Shown: piece after piece, positions 32,744-34,022 of the stretch | Layout: each line of letters opens with the position of its first letter | How positions within the stretch are numbered: the first letter of the stretch is position 1 | Assembly (NCBI GenBank): GCA_013697395.1 | Contig: JACCWY010000414.1 | Coordinates: 1-34,022, forward strand | From: Chloroflexota bacterium | GTDB lineage: Bacteria > Chloroflexota > Limnocylindria > QHBO01 | Length of the DNA stretch: 34,022 bases | Direction: 5' to 3' | Position numbers and translations under genes: made by a program | Notes under the pieces: generated by a model | Database searches by the model: none | Seen by the model: the letters and a program-made list of their open reading frames with translations, nothing else | Told to the model about the DNA's origin: nothing

Positions 32744-32797
32744 CGCGGCATGATGCCCTCCGAGGTGCCGCGCGCCAACCCGGTACCATCGCCGACG

Positions 32798-34022
32798 ATG
32801 GAGCGCTTCCACACGATCATCGAGCCCTTCCGCATCAAGAGCGTCGAGCCGATCCGCCTCACGACGGTCGAGGAGCGGCAGGCGAAGCTCGGCGAGGCCG
32901 GCTTCAACCTCTTCAACCTGCACGCGGACGACGTGCTGATCGACCTGCTCACCGACTCCGGCACGGGTGCGATGAGCGCGGAGCAGTGGGCTGGCATCCA
33001 GCGCGGCGACGAGTCGTACGCTGGGTCACCCTCCTGGTTCCGGTTCCTCGAGGCGGTGACCGAGCTGTGGCCGTTCCGCCATGTCATCCCGACCCACCAG
33101 GGTCGCGCAGCGGAGAAGATCCTCTTCAGCGTCATTGGCGGGCCGGGCAAGGTCATCCCCTCCAATACGCACTTCGACACGACCCGCGCCAACGTCGAGT
33201 TCTCCGGTGCCGAGGCGGTCGACTGCCTCATTGCCGAGGGCCGCGAGCCTTCGACGATCCATCCGTTCAAGGGCAACATGGACACCGATGCGCTCGACGC
33301 CCTGATCCGCGAGCGCGGTGCCGAGAACGTGCCGGTCGTGTTCGTGACCGTGACCAACAACTCGGGCGGCGGGCAGCCCGTGAGCCTCGCCAACATCCGC
33401 GCGGTGCGCGCGGTGTGCGACCGGTACGAGCTGCCGCTCTTCCTCGACGCGTGCCGCTTCGCGGAGAACGCGTGGTTCATCAAGCAGCGCGAGGACGGCT
33501 ACGGCGATGCATCGGTCCCCGACATCGTGCGCGAGATGGCCTCGCTGGCCGATGGGATGACGATGTCGGGCAAGAAGGATGCGCTGGCCAACATCGGCGG
33601 CTGGCTGGCCCTCAACTCGGACGAATGGGCGGAGCAGTGCCGCAACATGCTCATCCTGACCGAGGGCTTTCCGACGTACGGCGGCCTGGCGGGCCGAGAC
33701 CTCGAGGCAATGGCCGCCGGCCTTCGAGAAGTCGTGCAGGACGACTACCTGCGCTACCGGATCCGATCGACCGCCTACCTCGGAGAGGCGCTTGTCGATG
33801 CCGGGGTGCCCTGCGTGCGGCCGATCGGCGGCCATGCCGTCTACCTGGATGCAGCGGGCCTGCTCCCCCACATCGCTCCGCTCGAGTACCCCGGGCAGGC
33901 GCTGGCCTGCGCCCTGTACCGCGAGGGCGGCATTCGCGCCTGCGAGATCGGTTCGGTCATGTTCGGCCGCCACCCGGACGGGTCCGAGACCCCGGCAGCG
34001 ATGGAGCTCGTACGCCTCGCGA
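32798..34022 (+). CDS. tnaA: Tryptophanase / tyrosine phenol-lyase family beta-eliminating lyase, 3'-truncated by the window end
   Basis: Not in the ORF track because there is no stop in the window; translated by hand. MERFHTIIEPFRIKSVEPI..., DLLTDSGTGAMS, IPTHQGRAAE, NNSGGGQPVS, DACRFAENAWFIKQRE, MSGKKDALANIGG, EGFPTYGGLAG, GGHAVYLDA. It is collinear with E. coli TnaA. TnaA versus TPL cannot be decided by eye. Confidence 0.9.
   Translation, partial: MERFHTIIEPFRIKSVEPIRLTTVEERQAKLGEAGFNLFNLHADDVLIDLLTDSGTGAMSAEQWAGIQRGDESYAGSPSWFRFLEAVTELWPFRHVIPTHQGRAAEKILFSVIGGPGKVIPSNTHFDTTRANVEFSGAEAVDCLIAEGREPSTIHPFKGNMDTDALDALIRERGAENVPVVFVTVTNNSGGGQPVSLANIRAVRAVCDRYELPLFLDACRFAENAWFIKQREDGYGDASVPDIVREMASLADGMTMSGKKDALANIGGWLALNSDEWAEQCRNMLILTEGFPTYGGLAGRDLEAMAAGLREVVQDDYLRYRIRSTAYLGEALVDAGVPCVRPIGGHAVYLDAAGLLPHIAPLEYPGQALACALYREGGIRACEIGSVMFGRHPDGSETPAAMELVRLA

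Overview
This is a gene-dense, high-GC window (about 70% by eye) with roughly 36 protein genes. Many genes have 4-nt stop/start overlaps (GTGA/ATGA), and several promoters look leaderless. That fits an Actinomycetota- or Chloroflexota-like chromosome, also suggested by several F420/deazaflavin-type families (LLM, DDN, PPOX) and DinB.

All calls come from reading the supplied ORF translations and the DNA by eye. No homology search was run.

Content is mostly core or metabolic:
- a ThrC-like fragment plus a MoaD-like sulfur carrier, and a MocR regulator
- a class III nucleotide cyclase
- a GH13(TreS-like)/LLM/membrane sulfatase-like operon
- an alpha/beta hydrolase plus a sirtuin, and a DmpA-type peptidase
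- a pantothenate cluster (DUF2520-panC-DinB-panB)
- an atypical FAD disulfide reductase, an S51-like peptidase, and an HtrA-DDN operon
- HxlR and ArsR-SRPBCC regulators
- a nickel transporter, a Fur-family regulator and an arginase-family hydrolase
- a secreted S8 protease, a lipoprotein and an ExeM/NucH-type extracellular nuclease
- CorA, a PPOX protein, a UbiA prenyltransferase, an orphan membrane protein and a 3'-truncated tryptophanase

I saw no rRNA, tRNA, CRISPR, transposase, integrase or phage genes. Nothing resembles a classical defence island, and I found no convincing novel system.

The items most worth a second look are:
1. The Ni-transporter/Fur/arginase-family cluster, where the hydrolase carries GGDDS instead of the canonical GGDHS metal-ligand motif.
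2. A UbiA prenyltransferase whose coding signal (a PPOX-like domain) extends about 190 nt upstream of the first available start codon, right behind a UGAUG-coupled ATG in another frame.
3. A 400-bp ORF-free convergent spacer with a duplicated 15-bp palindrome.
4. A MocR regulator facing two SD-preceded micro-ORFs.
5. The secreted protease/lipoprotein/nuclease module.
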